A stretch of DNA of 64,000 bases, taken from Lama guanicoe. Taxonomy: Eukaryota. The notes beneath the pieces are model-generated. The model had not been told where the DNA came from. It did no database searches and saw nothing but the letters and a program-made list of their open reading frames with translations. Below are positions 23,851 to 35,890 of this stretch, one piece after another; the first letter of the stretch is position 1; every line of letters starts with the position of its first letter. The position numbers were made by a program, and so were the translations under genes. The stretch spans positions 1,153,168 to 1,217,167 of the forward strand of contig MU053482.1 in NCBI GenBank assembly GCA_013239625.1, in the 5' to 3' direction.

Positions 23851-26800
23851 ATTTGACCAACGATACCATTCACTTATTCCCTCCCAAAAGATGCTCTTCT
23901 GGAAGATAAATTGCGATTTTAACCCTCCACCCCTCATCCACAGACGCGCACACTGGGGGCTCCTAGCTCCTACCCTTTTCTCAGCTGACGGCCAGTCCAA
24001 TTCTATTCTGGGTCTGCGGCCACAGGAAGAAGGCAGATTGGTTTAAATGGAAATGCCCATAATCTGCTGACAAAAGGCTAATTAGCCTGCATTCTAAGCC
24101 CCGGATCCCTCGGGGAAGAGCATGTCAGAAAGTGAGGAGCAGAATGGAGCAGAGCCTTCTGTGAATTAAAGGAGGTTGCAGGCTTTCTCGCGTGGCCTGT
24201 GACTCAAGATTAGAGGGTCCGGGCTCCACCGTGACCCCGCGGTGAAGAGAAGGGACCTGGGTTCAGACAGGCAGGCTCTTCCTGTTCCAGCACTCTCCCT
24301 GCTGAGCCTGGCAGTGAGGACTGGGGGAAAGAATCTGGACCAGCAGTCATGAGGGCACTCAGACACATGGGTGTCCTCTGAATGAGGAGTGGAGGGGAGT
24401 ACAGACTGCGTCACGCTGAGACGGGCCACGTCAGGTCACAGAGCAGGCCGGGACAACAGGAAGGCTCAGCAAAATCTGTTCAAATCAACTGCAAATTAAA
24501 CTGTCTGATATTTTGAAATCATCCCGCAACAGTCTGCCCCACTGCTCCAGAATCCTCCACTGTGTTGAGAAGGACAGGATGCTCCAGTGCTCTCCTGCAC
24601 ACGGCGTGGCTGGGCCGGCTCCCCTGAGCATGCAGGTCTGTATGTCTCGCTCTCCTGGAGGGGAGAAGCCTCAGCAGAGCTGCGGTATCTGAGGGTGTCC
24701 AGGTTGGAGGCAGACAAGACGTGAGGAACCAGAGCTAATGAACACGGACAGTTCCTCCCAGTTTCTTGACCAAAACGGGAAGGCAGGTCAGGCCAGTTGC
24801 TAAAAAAGGATAATGGATTTCAAGAGCAGGATTTTTCAGTAGGGAGGGCGAGATGGAAGAGACAAGAGAGACAGAGGATAACTGATGTGTGAGCTTTAAC
24901 CTAGAGACACGTGGGCCCGGGCCCATGCCCAGCTCTTCTCACCGAGCACACAGGATGGCCCTCCCCCTGTCTCGGGCACAGCGTGGCTCTATCTCGTCCT
25001 GGTGGCCTGTGGGAGCAGGTCTTACTCCACAGACGGGGTTAGGAGTAGCATGGGGCTGCTCTGGGTACAAGGCAGGGCACCCAGCATCCATGCCGGGCCT
25101 CTTACCACCTCCCCCACTGGCCAGAGTGGAGGCCCAGACAGCCTTCTGCCTCCTCTCTTCCTGCGTCTCTAGGTCCCCAGGTCTCCTCTGCATACTTACC
25201 GCACACTCCGGTGTCCTGGAAGCAGCTCAGCCCTCTTCCAACCTGGCTCAGCCTTGAAAGGGCCTCTTTGTCTACCCGGATCCTGCCGGGCTTTTCATGC
25301 ATCCAGCAGCTGCTCTTATTCTGTCATCAGCTTTGATCAGATTGTCTGGAACAACCCAGCCTCTTCCCAGTACCCTGCAGTTTGCAGCTGCGCCCCTCAG
25401 ATCAGAGCCCCACTCCTTGTCATCCTGTGCCCCCGATGTCTCACCCCTGACACCTGAATGGACGTGCCACACCCCTGCTGAGACCTCACCTCTGATTCCC
25501 ACATCAGCCCTTGAAGCAGAAGCTTCTTCCCGTGAAGACCCCTCCTCCCAGCTCTAATTCACAGCCCCTACCTCCATTCACTTCCAGCAAGTCCAGCTGT
25601 GGACAGTCTGAGCGTTGATTCTAAAGTATTGGAGGGCCCAACACTGATGCAAGAAGCCACCTCTCACGCTCAGAATGCCAACACTCACTCTGTCCTTTCG
25701 GCCTTGGTCAGACAAACTCCAAGACATTCAGAAGGATGAAGCAGCCTGAAAAATATTCCTAAAAAGTCTGCCTCATAGAGAGGACAGAGTTCCAGGAGAG
25801 AATGGAGGAAACTATACAGGCCAGCTGAGGCCTGGAGGCATGCACACACCACAGAAGAGAAGGAAGGTCACCGTCCCTGCTGTTCCCTGATGGTGTGAGA
25901 CCTTCACCTAGAACGTGAACCTAAGCCTTCTGGGAAGGTTTTCAGGACACAAGGACAAGGAGGTGAAGGGGAGTCCGTGCTAGAGCGGAGGGCAGGCTGG
26001 CAGGAAAAGGAGCCTGTCCGATCTCCTGGAGGCTCGAGAGTGCTGAGCTCTACCTGCCAGGGCTGCAGTGAAAGTGTTTGAAGGGAGTGGACCCCCAGGC
26101 TGGGCCACAGGACTTACAGGAACGCTCATAAGTCAGAATACAGGCTCGGGGGTGACCGGTGAAGCCTCCAGCCGAGGCTGGAGAGGCTGGGCAGACAGAC
26201 TTCAAGGTGAGCCTGAGATGAGACTAGCAAACAGGAGGGCAGGGTCAGGACACAGAGCAGAGGAGAGGCAGAGCCCTTCAAGGGAGTTGCCTGAGCACGT
26301 TACTCCCCATGCTGCCCCATCTCAGCCCGACTGCATGCACTCACACCTCTGCCCCCTATATCTGTAGAAGAGGCTGTCCTCACCACTGAGGTTCATAAAA
26401 TGTAACCCTGGCCACAGATGATGGGACCCAGAGGGTCACATGCTCCCAGCAGCCAGTCTGTGGGCTGCCCAGTGACTCGTATCACTGATACCCCAAGGTG
26501 GGTTAGGTCAGTCAGATACTACCCCTGAACTTGGTAGCTACCAAGAAATGAGGCATCAGCAGACCCATGAGATAAAGATTAGAGGTCTTACTTGGCTGTG
26601 AAAAAAACTCACAGTAGAAGTACACTGAAATTACAGTGAATGGAAATATACACAGTAGCAGATTAAGAATCCAATCGGTGAAAACAGGAGAGAACAGAGA
26701 AGTCTCATTAATAGCAGACCAGAGCCAAGATCCAGAAGTTCTGACACTGACATTCCAGGGGTTACCTTGGACCCAGAACAAAACTCCTGCCTGGTTCCCT

Positions 26801-27149
26801 TACCATCATTCCTGCTCTTGAACTTCACTGAGGGTCCATTTCTGTAGTTGCCCCAAGAGTGCTTTTACAATAAATCATGGCCACCACCCCTAGCTAAACT
26901 TCTTCTGAGCTACCTTGAAGATGTCTCTGTTCCTTGCAGCCTGGAGCCTGACCAGGACACCTGTGGACTTAGGATGCCCAGGAGGACATTTGGGGGCTGT
27001 TGGATCTGAGCCACTCTATTCAAGTTTGCATAGTTTGCCACACTGTAGGTATGCTTAAGATGAAACCTTAAAATGGTGGGACTGTCTCTGAATAGGAAAG
27101 AGGCTAGAGTGAGCAGAACAACAGAAGTAGAAATGAGATTCATCCCATT

Positions 27150-28140
27150 GAGAGGAGGCCAGAGTTTCTGGAAAAGAACCACAGATGATGGAGAAACCTA
27201 AGAACGCGGGTGTGAAGAAAGCTGCTTGGAGGGAAGCTTGAAAGACCCTAGTTGGTGACTCCCTTTCATGGGGCATAGAGCAGCTGTGCATGGACCACAA
27301 AGATGCCTTCCCCATGGTGAGGAAGGTGTATCAAAGAGTCAGCCGAAACTGGGCAAACTCACTACTGCTCATGGCCATAGGCAACCCACTCAGAGCAAAC
27401 GTGGATGCATCTTCAGACACAATGATTTGGGGGTAGAAAATGGAGAACACAGGTGGTATTTTCATCACTTCTTCCCATCGCCCTTTGGAACTCTGGAAGA
27501 CTGAGAAAAAGCCCAAAGATCAACAAATGCCTCAGAAGATCAGGCTGATGTTTAGCTGAGGCTGTGAACCCTTAGCTTCACATATCAGAAGAAACCATTC
27601 TTAGCCAAGCATGCAGACGATCTTAAAGAGAGGCGGGAAACTGATGATTGATGAGTTAGTCCCTTAATGCAAGGGAAATGACACAACAAGACAGATAATC
27701 CCTGAGACCCGTTGTTATGAATGATATTAAGTGGGATGTCGAAAAAAGAGTTTCAGGACAGGCGGTGTCACAGGAGGGAAGACCAGACGCCCAGCTGTCA
27801 GTGGCCCGAGGTGTCCTGATGCCTCCCACACAGAGAACAAACACGAACCCAGAGCATGTCAGCAGACACCCAAGCTTGTCAACCGACCACTTAGAAATGG
27901 GCAGATTAACACGCTGCGCCTACTTGGGAAACTGTGCATCCGAGGCTGAGACGCACTGAGAAGCAGGTGTGTGGGGCTTAGCAGACATGAGCCCCCTGTG
28001 GGAGTACCACAGGTAGAGAGGTGATGCTCTCCTGAAACAAGTCCTGCATGAGTGCAGAGGCACAGTCTCATTGTGGGGAGAAGCTCACTGAGAAGACAGT
28101 CCCTGGAAATCTTTGGTTGAAAACATAGGATCTGACAAGC
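27150..28140 (+). mobile_element. Decayed CR1/L3 LINE fragment spanning the ORF1 esterase region and the start of the ORF2 endonuclease
   Basis: Collinear motifs: LVGDSLSWGIEQLC (27248-27289), HLQT/ND (~27408-27426, 1-nt shift), QVVFSSLLPI (27450-27479), LGNCASEAE (~27924-27950), NLWLK (28108-28122). These resemble recalled CR1 motifs GDSLLRG, HVGTND, QVVFSSILPV, MGNKQEELE and SLWVK. Confidence 0.6.
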
Positions 28141-28194
28141 TCCTGAGTTGCTTTGCTGGCAGGATAAATCAGAATACTCTTCATGCAAAGAACA

Positions 28195-28410
28195 GAGGGA
28201 TGGGGGAGGGGCAGATGAGGGGTATAGGATTAAGAGACACAAACTACTGTGTATAAAATAGATAAGCAACCAGGATATAGTATAGGGATTATAGCCATTA
28301 TCTTATAATAACTTTTAATGGAGTATAATCTATAAAAATGCTGAGTCACTATGCTGTACACCTAAAACTAACAGAGTATTATAAATCAACTATACTTCAA
28401 TTAGAAAAAG
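28195..28410 (+). mobile_element. L1 3' end (5'-truncated)
   Basis: caaactactgtgtataaaatagataagcaac...atgctgtacacctaaaactaac...taaatcaactatacttcaatta followed by an A-rich tail. Confidence 0.88.
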
Positions 28411-28411
28411 A

Positions 28412-28925
28412 ACAGAAATCCTGACACAAACTGGATTAAAGAGTGAGAAAATGTATCGCCTGACGAAGGAGTCAGAGTTGGGATGGGGACTGAGGGCTAT
28501 AGATTCAGGGGCTCATGGTGGGGTCAAGGTCATGGATCTTTCCAGGCTGCTGGGCCAGCCCTCCTTTTTGATTCATCTTCAGGTTGGAGGCGAGATGGTT
28601 GAAGTGCTAGGCATTGCATCCAGATCTGAAAAGGACCAGAGGAAAATGCACTTCCTGAAGCTCTCTATCAGGAGCAAGGAAGTAATTTCTCAAGTCTCCA
28701 AAAGGCTTTCCCCTTCTGTGTCATGGCCAGCAGTATGCCAATTTTTATGTCCATCATTAGCAAGAGAAATCAGATTATGTGGGCCAAATAGGTCCAGTCC
28801 TGGAGATGGATCCCTTCCCCGAGATGCCTAGGTGCATGGGGTGAGGTGGGAACCTGGGTAAATTCAAGGTTCACTTAGGAAGAAGAAAATGGGTGGATGT
28901 GTGGTGGGCAAGTGATTAACAGTGT
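28412..28925 (-). mobile_element. Old MaLR/ERVL LTR
   Basis: acagaaatcctgacacaaactggattaaa start and tcatggccag...tgtccatc motifs. Confidence 0.5.
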
Positions 28926-28992
28926 ACTTCACAAGGCATCTTCTGATAAATGTAGACAGTCAGAAAAAGTATATATCAAAATGAGGACAAGG

Positions 28993-29140
28993 TGGGAAGG
29001 GTACAGCTCAGTGGTAGAGTGCATGCCTAGCATGCTCAAGGTCCTGGGTTCAGTCCCCAGTACCACCACTAAAAAAATAAATAAATAAACCTAATTACCG
29101 CTCCCCTCAAAAAACAAAAACAAAACATATTTTTTTTTTT
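28993..29140 (+). mobile_element. Camelid-type tRNA-derived SINE
   Basis: A/B boxes and aaacctaattacc tail; TSD aatgagga(c/g)aagg at 28980-28992 and 29141-29153. Confidence 0.92.
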
Positions 29141-30823
29141 AATGAGGAGAAGGAGAAAGAAAAGATGTCAAAAAATAACTCTTTTGCAAAGTAGAAGTAA
29201 TGAGACCCTCAGGAAAACTACCGGAGAGACTAAGGCAGTGAAGGCGTGTTTAGATATGGTCAGATTCTACCATAAGCTTTAGAATAAAGATTTTCCAAAC
29301 CTCGGAAGGGAAAATAAAGGTGGACATTTTCCATTGTTGGGAGCCTGGGTGGAGAGACTTGGAAAATTTGAAAGGCGCCGTAGAATGCTCTTCTGACTCT
29401 GCAGTTGGAAGTGACAGTAGGGAGGCACTCAGAGAAACGCAGTTCCTGATGTTCTACACAGATGCGTAGGAAAGATGAAGAGGGAAATGCGGTCTTGCCT
29501 TTTCTTACGACCCGGTATCTCTCAGCACCACCCTGCCCCTCTGCAGCACTTCCGCTGTCTAGAAACATGAACTTTGCCTGTTTCTCCACTTCCCTGAGGA
29601 GCGCACTCCAGTCCTGAGCCTAGAAGTCTGCTCCGTCTGTGCTGGGAAGCTGGGCCTTTTCAAGGAGCCATGTACTTGATGCAGGGCCACAGGTGTGTCA
29701 CAGCTAGGAGGCTGTGAGCATCGGGCAGCAAGTTGCTTTGGTTAAAAATACCTGACAGCATGTGCCTCTTCATAATCTCCTGGGCTAAGGACTCCCAAAG
29801 CTACTGATCCTCGTAGCATCCCAAAGGCTTGTGTCCTACCACCTGGGTTTGCCAGCCGCGTCCCATCCACCAAGCCCAAAAGACCTTCCCCTGATTTGGA
29901 GGACACCATTTTCCAACCTGGGCAGAATCCCTTCTTCAGAGTGACATGAATACCATCCCCTCGTCCCCCAGTAATATGCATCTCACCTCCAGCTGTGAGT
30001 CCCCACCCCTCCCCTGATGTCTGCAACTCTGGACTCTGTCATCTGTCGTTTTCTAGCCAGTTCCAAATGGCTCAAGCCGACGTAGGCAGGGCAGCGGATC
30101 AAGTCTGGATCCCAAGGCTTGCCAGACCAGCAGCCCTGGCTGAGAACCTCTCCAGGTGAGGGCTGATCCAGGTCGGCAGGACACCGTCCTGCTCCCCACC
30201 TGTCACCTGTCACTCCTCTGTACCTGCCCTCAGTCCTCCAAGGACAGTCCACCTAGAGGAGAGCTCTTCTTCTAAGGCCCCAGGGCTCTGCCAGTTCCCA
30301 CATCTCAGGGGGACATTCAGCGCATCCTTCACAAAACCAGCCCTACTGTGGTCTTGGCCCTCTCTCCTGAGCCCAAACCAGGGTGTAAGATGATGTGAGC
30401 CCGGACTCTCAGAGTGTTTGTCAGTTAAGGGCCGGAGTCAAAGCCAGGGGTAAGTCTGGGGACCCTGGGGACGCTCAGCACGGGGCTTGCCCTGCCAACA
30501 CGCGGCTCTAGACCACTTACTTCACCTGTGATCCTGACATCAGCTCCCTCTGCACCTCGACCCCAGCACTGGCCACCAGCCTCTCTAGCTCCCCACTCAA
30601 ACTTCTCACCCTCCTTTATGATGCTGGGCTTCGCTGGACTTCTGTCAGCAATTTTCTCCAGTCTTGGTGCTCTCTCCTAATACTCACGTGGGTCATAGGA
30701 CCCAAGTCATCCTCTAAAACAGGCCTCTGCCATCAGCTCTGCTACCCTTTGCTGCCCTCCTCTGGCCACTGGAGTCACTGCAGGTAACCCTTTAGCGCTC
30801 TGATGACTTCACTGATGTGTTCA

Positions 30824-31544
30824 TTTTTTTTTTTAATTGAAGTATAGTTGATTTACAATGTTGTGTTAGTTTCTGGTGTACAGCACAGTGATTCAGTTAT
30901 ATATATATATATACTCTTTCTCATATTCTTTTCCTTTATGGTTTATTACAGGATATTGAATATAGTTCCCTATGCTATACAGTAGGACCTTACTGTTTGT
31001 CTATTTTATATATAGTACTGTATATCTACTAATCCCAAACTCCTCATTTATCTCTTTTCTTCTCCTTTCCCCTTTGGTAACCACAAGTTTGTTTTCTATG
31101 TCTGTGAGTCTGTTCCTGTTTTGTAAATAAGTTCATTTGTGTCCTTAATTCTTTTAGATTCCATGTATGAGTAATATCGTATGGTATTTTTCTTTCTCTT
31201 TCTGGCTTGCTTCACCTAGAATGCTGATCTCTAGGTCCATCCATGTTACTGCAAATGGCATTATTTCATTCTTTTTTTATGGTTGCGTAGTACTCAGTTG
31301 TGTATATATATACCACATCTTATTTATCCAGTCATCTGTGGATGGACATTTAGGTTGCTTTCACATCTTGGCTATTGTAAATAGTGCTGCTATGAACACT
31401 GGGGTACATGAATCTTTTCAAATTAACGTTTTCTCTGGATATATGCCCAGGTGTGGAATTGCAGGATCATGTGGTAACTCTATTTTTAGTTTTTTAAGGA
31501 ACCTCCGTACTGTTTTCCGTAGTGGCTGCACCAATTCCCGTTCC
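30824..31544 (-). mobile_element. L1 3' end with ORF2 C-terminal remnant (~720 bp)
   Basis: poly-T followed by aattgaagtatagttgatttacaatg...ttttttaaggaacctccgtactgttttccgtagtggctgcaccaatt. Confidence 0.92.
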
Positions 31545-33689
31545 TCACGTACTCATTCTTAAACGCATTTTTAGGGCCGCTTCGTAGCGTGCAATGTGTG
31601 GACACAGGACTCAGCGATAAAAATACATGGTGCTCGCCTTGCACAAGCACAGAGTCTCCCGAGGAAAAATGGAGAGAGAGAGAAAATGAATGAATATGAA
31701 GGGATGGGAGTGGGAGTGAATGAATTTCAGCATACCCCTGTGAACCTAGATTTGCTCAGCATTCCACAGACTCCCCTGCCTAGCACCTTCACCTGATAGA
31801 ATCCCTGGAATTGAGCACCGCTTCCCCTTTAGGGGCAGAACTGGAGACTCTGACCTTCCCTCACCTCCGCCTCCCCCAGTAGTGGAATGTGTTGGTCACA
31901 CCTGTCTTCTTCCTCCCTAGCATTTTATGGTTTGTCTTCACTTGTAAACCAAACATTTCTGAGCAGGCGGTAAGCATTCTGCCAGGCACTGGAGATACAG
32001 GGGGAAAACGCTAATCCCAGCCACCGTGAAATTCACGGTCCAGCTAAGGGGATAGATGCAAGTAAATGATTACACACATTGTTCGATAACAGCTTTGATA
32101 AGCGGCACCTGGTGCAGCGTTCAGTCTTGTTCACACCTAGTGAGAGCCCTGCGAGGATAGGGCGTGGGGTCCTTGGTTCGGGGTAGAAGGGGTGAACGAC
32201 AGAGGAGCAGAGCCTGTGCACGCAGTAGGCATCTCAGGAGGTGCCGAATGTGTGGAAGAGGCCGCCGAGACCCAAGCCCATCGTTTCCCACAACCTCTGC
32301 TGGCATCCAGCGCCTGTGCTCTCTCCCCACCTCTTCCACCCCCTCCTCCTCTCCAGAGGCCGATCCGGATGTATGGAACTGTCTGTGCTGGCCGGCACCT
32401 TTGCCAGGTTCCTGGTCAAGTTGAGGACAAGTCAGGAGCCACACAGTCCAGTATTGCAGGGGCCACCTCTGCTCTGTTCACCGAGTTCAACCCAATTCTC
32501 CAAACAGCAACTGGCCCATAGGAAGAACCCAGAGATTCTCTCGTGGCTGTTGAATGAATACGTGAATTTTGCATAATTATCAAGGCAGGACCCTAGTTTC
32601 TGCAAGGAATTTAATTATGACTGAGTTCTTTTGATCAACAGAGACAACTCTTCTGGTTCATTGTAACTAAAAGTGGATTTATAACCTAATTTGGTTTATT
32701 GGCCGCTAACAGGGTGTAGACCCTGAGCTGCAGCGACCCCATGGGTCAACCTGCAGCACAGTGAGAGTGCCACTGGCCTCCCTGAGCTGAGATTTAAGAG
32801 CACCCCTTTCTTCAGCCACTCTGGGCCCCTAGGGTGAGATCAGTGTGAGCTGGCTGGTCTGAGAAATCTTCCTGGTAGAGAATGGGCAGGAGGGAGGATT
32901 GCCAGCAACAAGGGAGAGCGAGCCATGCAGTGCCAGTGAGGACCAGGGCTGCAGAGCAACCGTGAACGGGTCTGCAGTTCTGGGAGAGGAGGCTTTGCAA
33001 GAGCAGTGTTTCATTGGGTAGGTCGGGGGCCACGTGGGCCCCTGGGCCGGGAGTGACCAACTTGTATTCAGAGATCCAGCAGGAGCTGCAGCACATTTTG
33101 CTTAAAACTACAGCTGGTTTGTAATTTCGGCCTCAGACGGTAATTACAGCTGCTGGGGCTCCTTGGAGAGATAATTACGGAAAGGATTCAGCACATTCAT
33201 TTTATCTACACACTTAACCATCAATTAAATCATTACCATCTAATCCTGTTCCAGAGTCTAGAAATGATCTGTGAATGTGTAATTTTCAAGGCACCGAAGT
33301 TTGTTTTCAGTTGTTTTTAAGTGAAAAATTGCCCCATTTCCAGAGCCAACAGAGGCCCATGTGCTTGCTCTCCCGGGGAGGCAGAGCCCAGGGAAGCTGG
33401 GGCCTGCTGGTGGCTCTCTCCCCAGGCCCTGGCCACAGGAGGCGGTGCCAGCTTTGCCTTTGATCTTCCTGGTGGTTTTGCAGAGCTGGATGGCCCCTGG
33501 GACTAGAGGAGCCTCGGGGCAGAAGGGGGGATGGTTTGTTTGCTGAGAGGCTGCCGGGAGGGTGCCCCCTGCTGGGATTTTGCAGAGGCCCTGGACCACC
33601 GGCCACTCACTAAGAGGCAGGGGTGAGGTCTTCTCACTGAGGGAACCCGCAGCCTGTGATGTGTGAAAGGCACAGGCCCAGGAGCAGAG

Positions 33690-33885
33690 CCCTGGGCTCA
33701 CGGTTCGCTCCCCACTTCCGGGCTGGGTGTCCTTGAGCCAGGCCATGAACTTCTCCAGGCCTCAGATGACTCAGCTTCAGGAAGGTGCAGGAGTAGGCCG
33801 ACCTTGCGGAGCTGCCGTGAGGCTTGCCAATGAGAAAGCCACGTCACATGTTCAACACAGTGTCTGGCGCTTAATGGATGCTAGG
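33690..33885 (+). mobile_element. MIR SINE (diverged)
   Basis: ccacttccgggctgggtgtccttgagccaggccatgaacttctccaggcctcag...cacagtgtctggcgcttaa. Confidence 0.6.
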
Positions 33886-34577
33886 GAAAGTGTGATCACT
33901 GGTGTGATTTCACATGCAGGCAGGTACCAGGGAAAGAAAGGAGCAGAGGGAGAACCCAAGTGTCCAAAGATGGGCGGCCGCGAGGCCCAGTGGCCTCTGA
34001 GAGAGCGTGGCGCCAGCCTTGGACTTCACAGCCGCTGCCCTCTCCGACCCTGACCTCCCTTGGTGCTGACCCCCCAGGAGCCCTCTGTTCTGTGACCCCG
34101 TCCCTTCTGATCCAGCCCTTCCTTCCTTGGCTTCTGCCCTTAGGCTCCTCCAGGAACCTTACTGCCAAACAGGCCTGCTTCTCTCCTGCATCTCTGAAGC
34201 CCTTTTCTGTCTCTCAGAAGATTCCGTGAGCGGTCCGTCAGCCAGTGCTCTCACCCGTGCTCAGACTCACACATACTTCCCTGCCACCAAACCCCATATG
34301 CCAAAGCAAAGGGACACCAGGAAGTGTGTGCCCCTGGACCCCAGGAGTGTAATACGAAAGAACAGTTCTTCCTCTCTGAGGAATTAAAGAAACCTGTATT
34401 TAGTTGGGAAAAGATATAGTCTAGTTTTTAATCTTAAAAATAAATATAATCTAGTTTTTCTTAAACAGTCTAGGTTCTGCATTGTCTATTATTTTGATAC
34501 AGTCTGTGTCCCTCTCTGAGTTGTGCTGTAGTATTACTTTCTCACCTTACTGTATGTGATACTGATTGCAGAGAATT

Positions 34578-35215
34578 TATTACAGAGTTCAAGCTAGTAT
34601 TGTTCACTGTGTGATAGGCCAGTAAATCGAGAGACAAGATATTGGGGCAAGGAATAGCAGCTTTATTCAGAAAGCCAGAAAACTGAGATGTGTCCCACAG
34701 AACTGGGAGGATGCTTGGTTGGCTAGGAGGCTTCCGGGAGGGTGCCCCCTCAGAGATCCAGCTGGAGCTGCAGCACATTTTGCTTAAAACTACAGCCAGT
34801 TTGTAATTTCAACTGGGAACTGTGTCCCAAAGAACCATCTTACCCAAGTTAGAATTCAGGCTGCTTTTACACTAAGAGGGAAGGGGGGAGGGTTTGTTGT
34901 TACAAACTTCTTGGTGTCAGAATCCTTTGTTCTTGCAGCTGTCCAAGTAGGTCAGGTCATGGTGTCCCTGTAAACTTCCAACAAGACAAATGTTGTCCTC
35001 TGTTCTGCAACTTTTTATCTCTTTGTGAATGGAAAGTGTTAGACCCTTAAAGGTCAGAGCCTTGAGAATGGGCTCTCCTGTATATTAAAGGCTATGGGCA
35101 GCATTCTTTTACAAAGGGTGCAGAACCAGCATGACTCAGCATGGGAAACAGAGCACAGGGTTAGAGCTAACGGAACAGGTCAAATATGGAGTCAGATTTG
35201 TTCTTCAGTATTACA
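34578..35215 (-). mobile_element. Solo ERV LTR (ERV1-like) containing a ~130-bp locally templated insertion
   Basis: Starts t(a)ttacagag and ends ttaca. ctttatt near 34661 reads AATAAAG on the minus strand near the LTR 3' end. No TSD resolved. Confidence 0.7.
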
Positions 35216-35539
35216 CTCCTAGGGTCCAGGGACACGCACATCCTGGTGTCCCTTTGCTTTGGCATATGGGGTTTGGTGACAAGGAAGTATGTGTGAGTCT
35301 GCAGCACGGGTGAGAGCACTGGCTGACAGACCGCTCAGCTTTTCCACTGCTCTGAGCCCCAGTGAGTGCCTGGGATTGCCTGCCTGCTTCTTGTCTCCCG
35401 GGCACCTCATCCCAATTCTGTCTTTCCCTTCCACTTTCCTTGGCTTACTTTCACAGGGTGGAACCCAGATTCCTTTGAGTGCACACAGCTGTTCACAGAC
35501 TGGCTCTTCTGTCTCTGTCTGGAGTCACAGTCCTCCGTC

Positions 35540-35890
35540 GGCTGCCCTTTGACATTTTATGCCCCAGCCAGACCACACCAGCTCCTAGGATGCAGAGATG
35601 CTGCGCTGTGACCTCACTTTGCTTTCGCATGTGCTGTTCCATCTGCCTGAGATACCTCCCCAGAACGGCCTTGCATACTTCTTTAAGATTCAACCCAAGC
35701 GTAGCCTCCTCTCCCATGCAAATACCTTTGTGATAGCTCCCATAAGGCTGTGTTGTAACTTTTGTGTTTGTCTTCCTGAATAGATGATGCATTCTCTGGG
35801 AGCAGGGATCGACTCTCATGTGTCTCTGAATCCCTAGACCTTATGTAGGCCCCAGCACATGAGTAGGTGCTCAGTGTTGACTGAAGGAGA
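35540..35890 (+). mobile_element. L2 3' end
   Basis: ctctgggagcagggatc...tctctgaatccctag...cagcacatgagtaggtgctcag...gttgactgaa. Confidence 0.75.

Noticed and set aside
26510..26880. Possible old LTR
   Set aside because: LTR-like composition, but no termini, TSD or family motif I could identify with confidence.
31167..31562. 131-aa ORF
   Set aside because: Antisense translation of an L1 3' end.
34050..34070. Partial RE1/NRSE-like motif (tcagcaccaagg on the minus strand; left half-sites also at 12751 and 14821)
   Set aside because: The right half GGACAG is missing at the canonical spacing.
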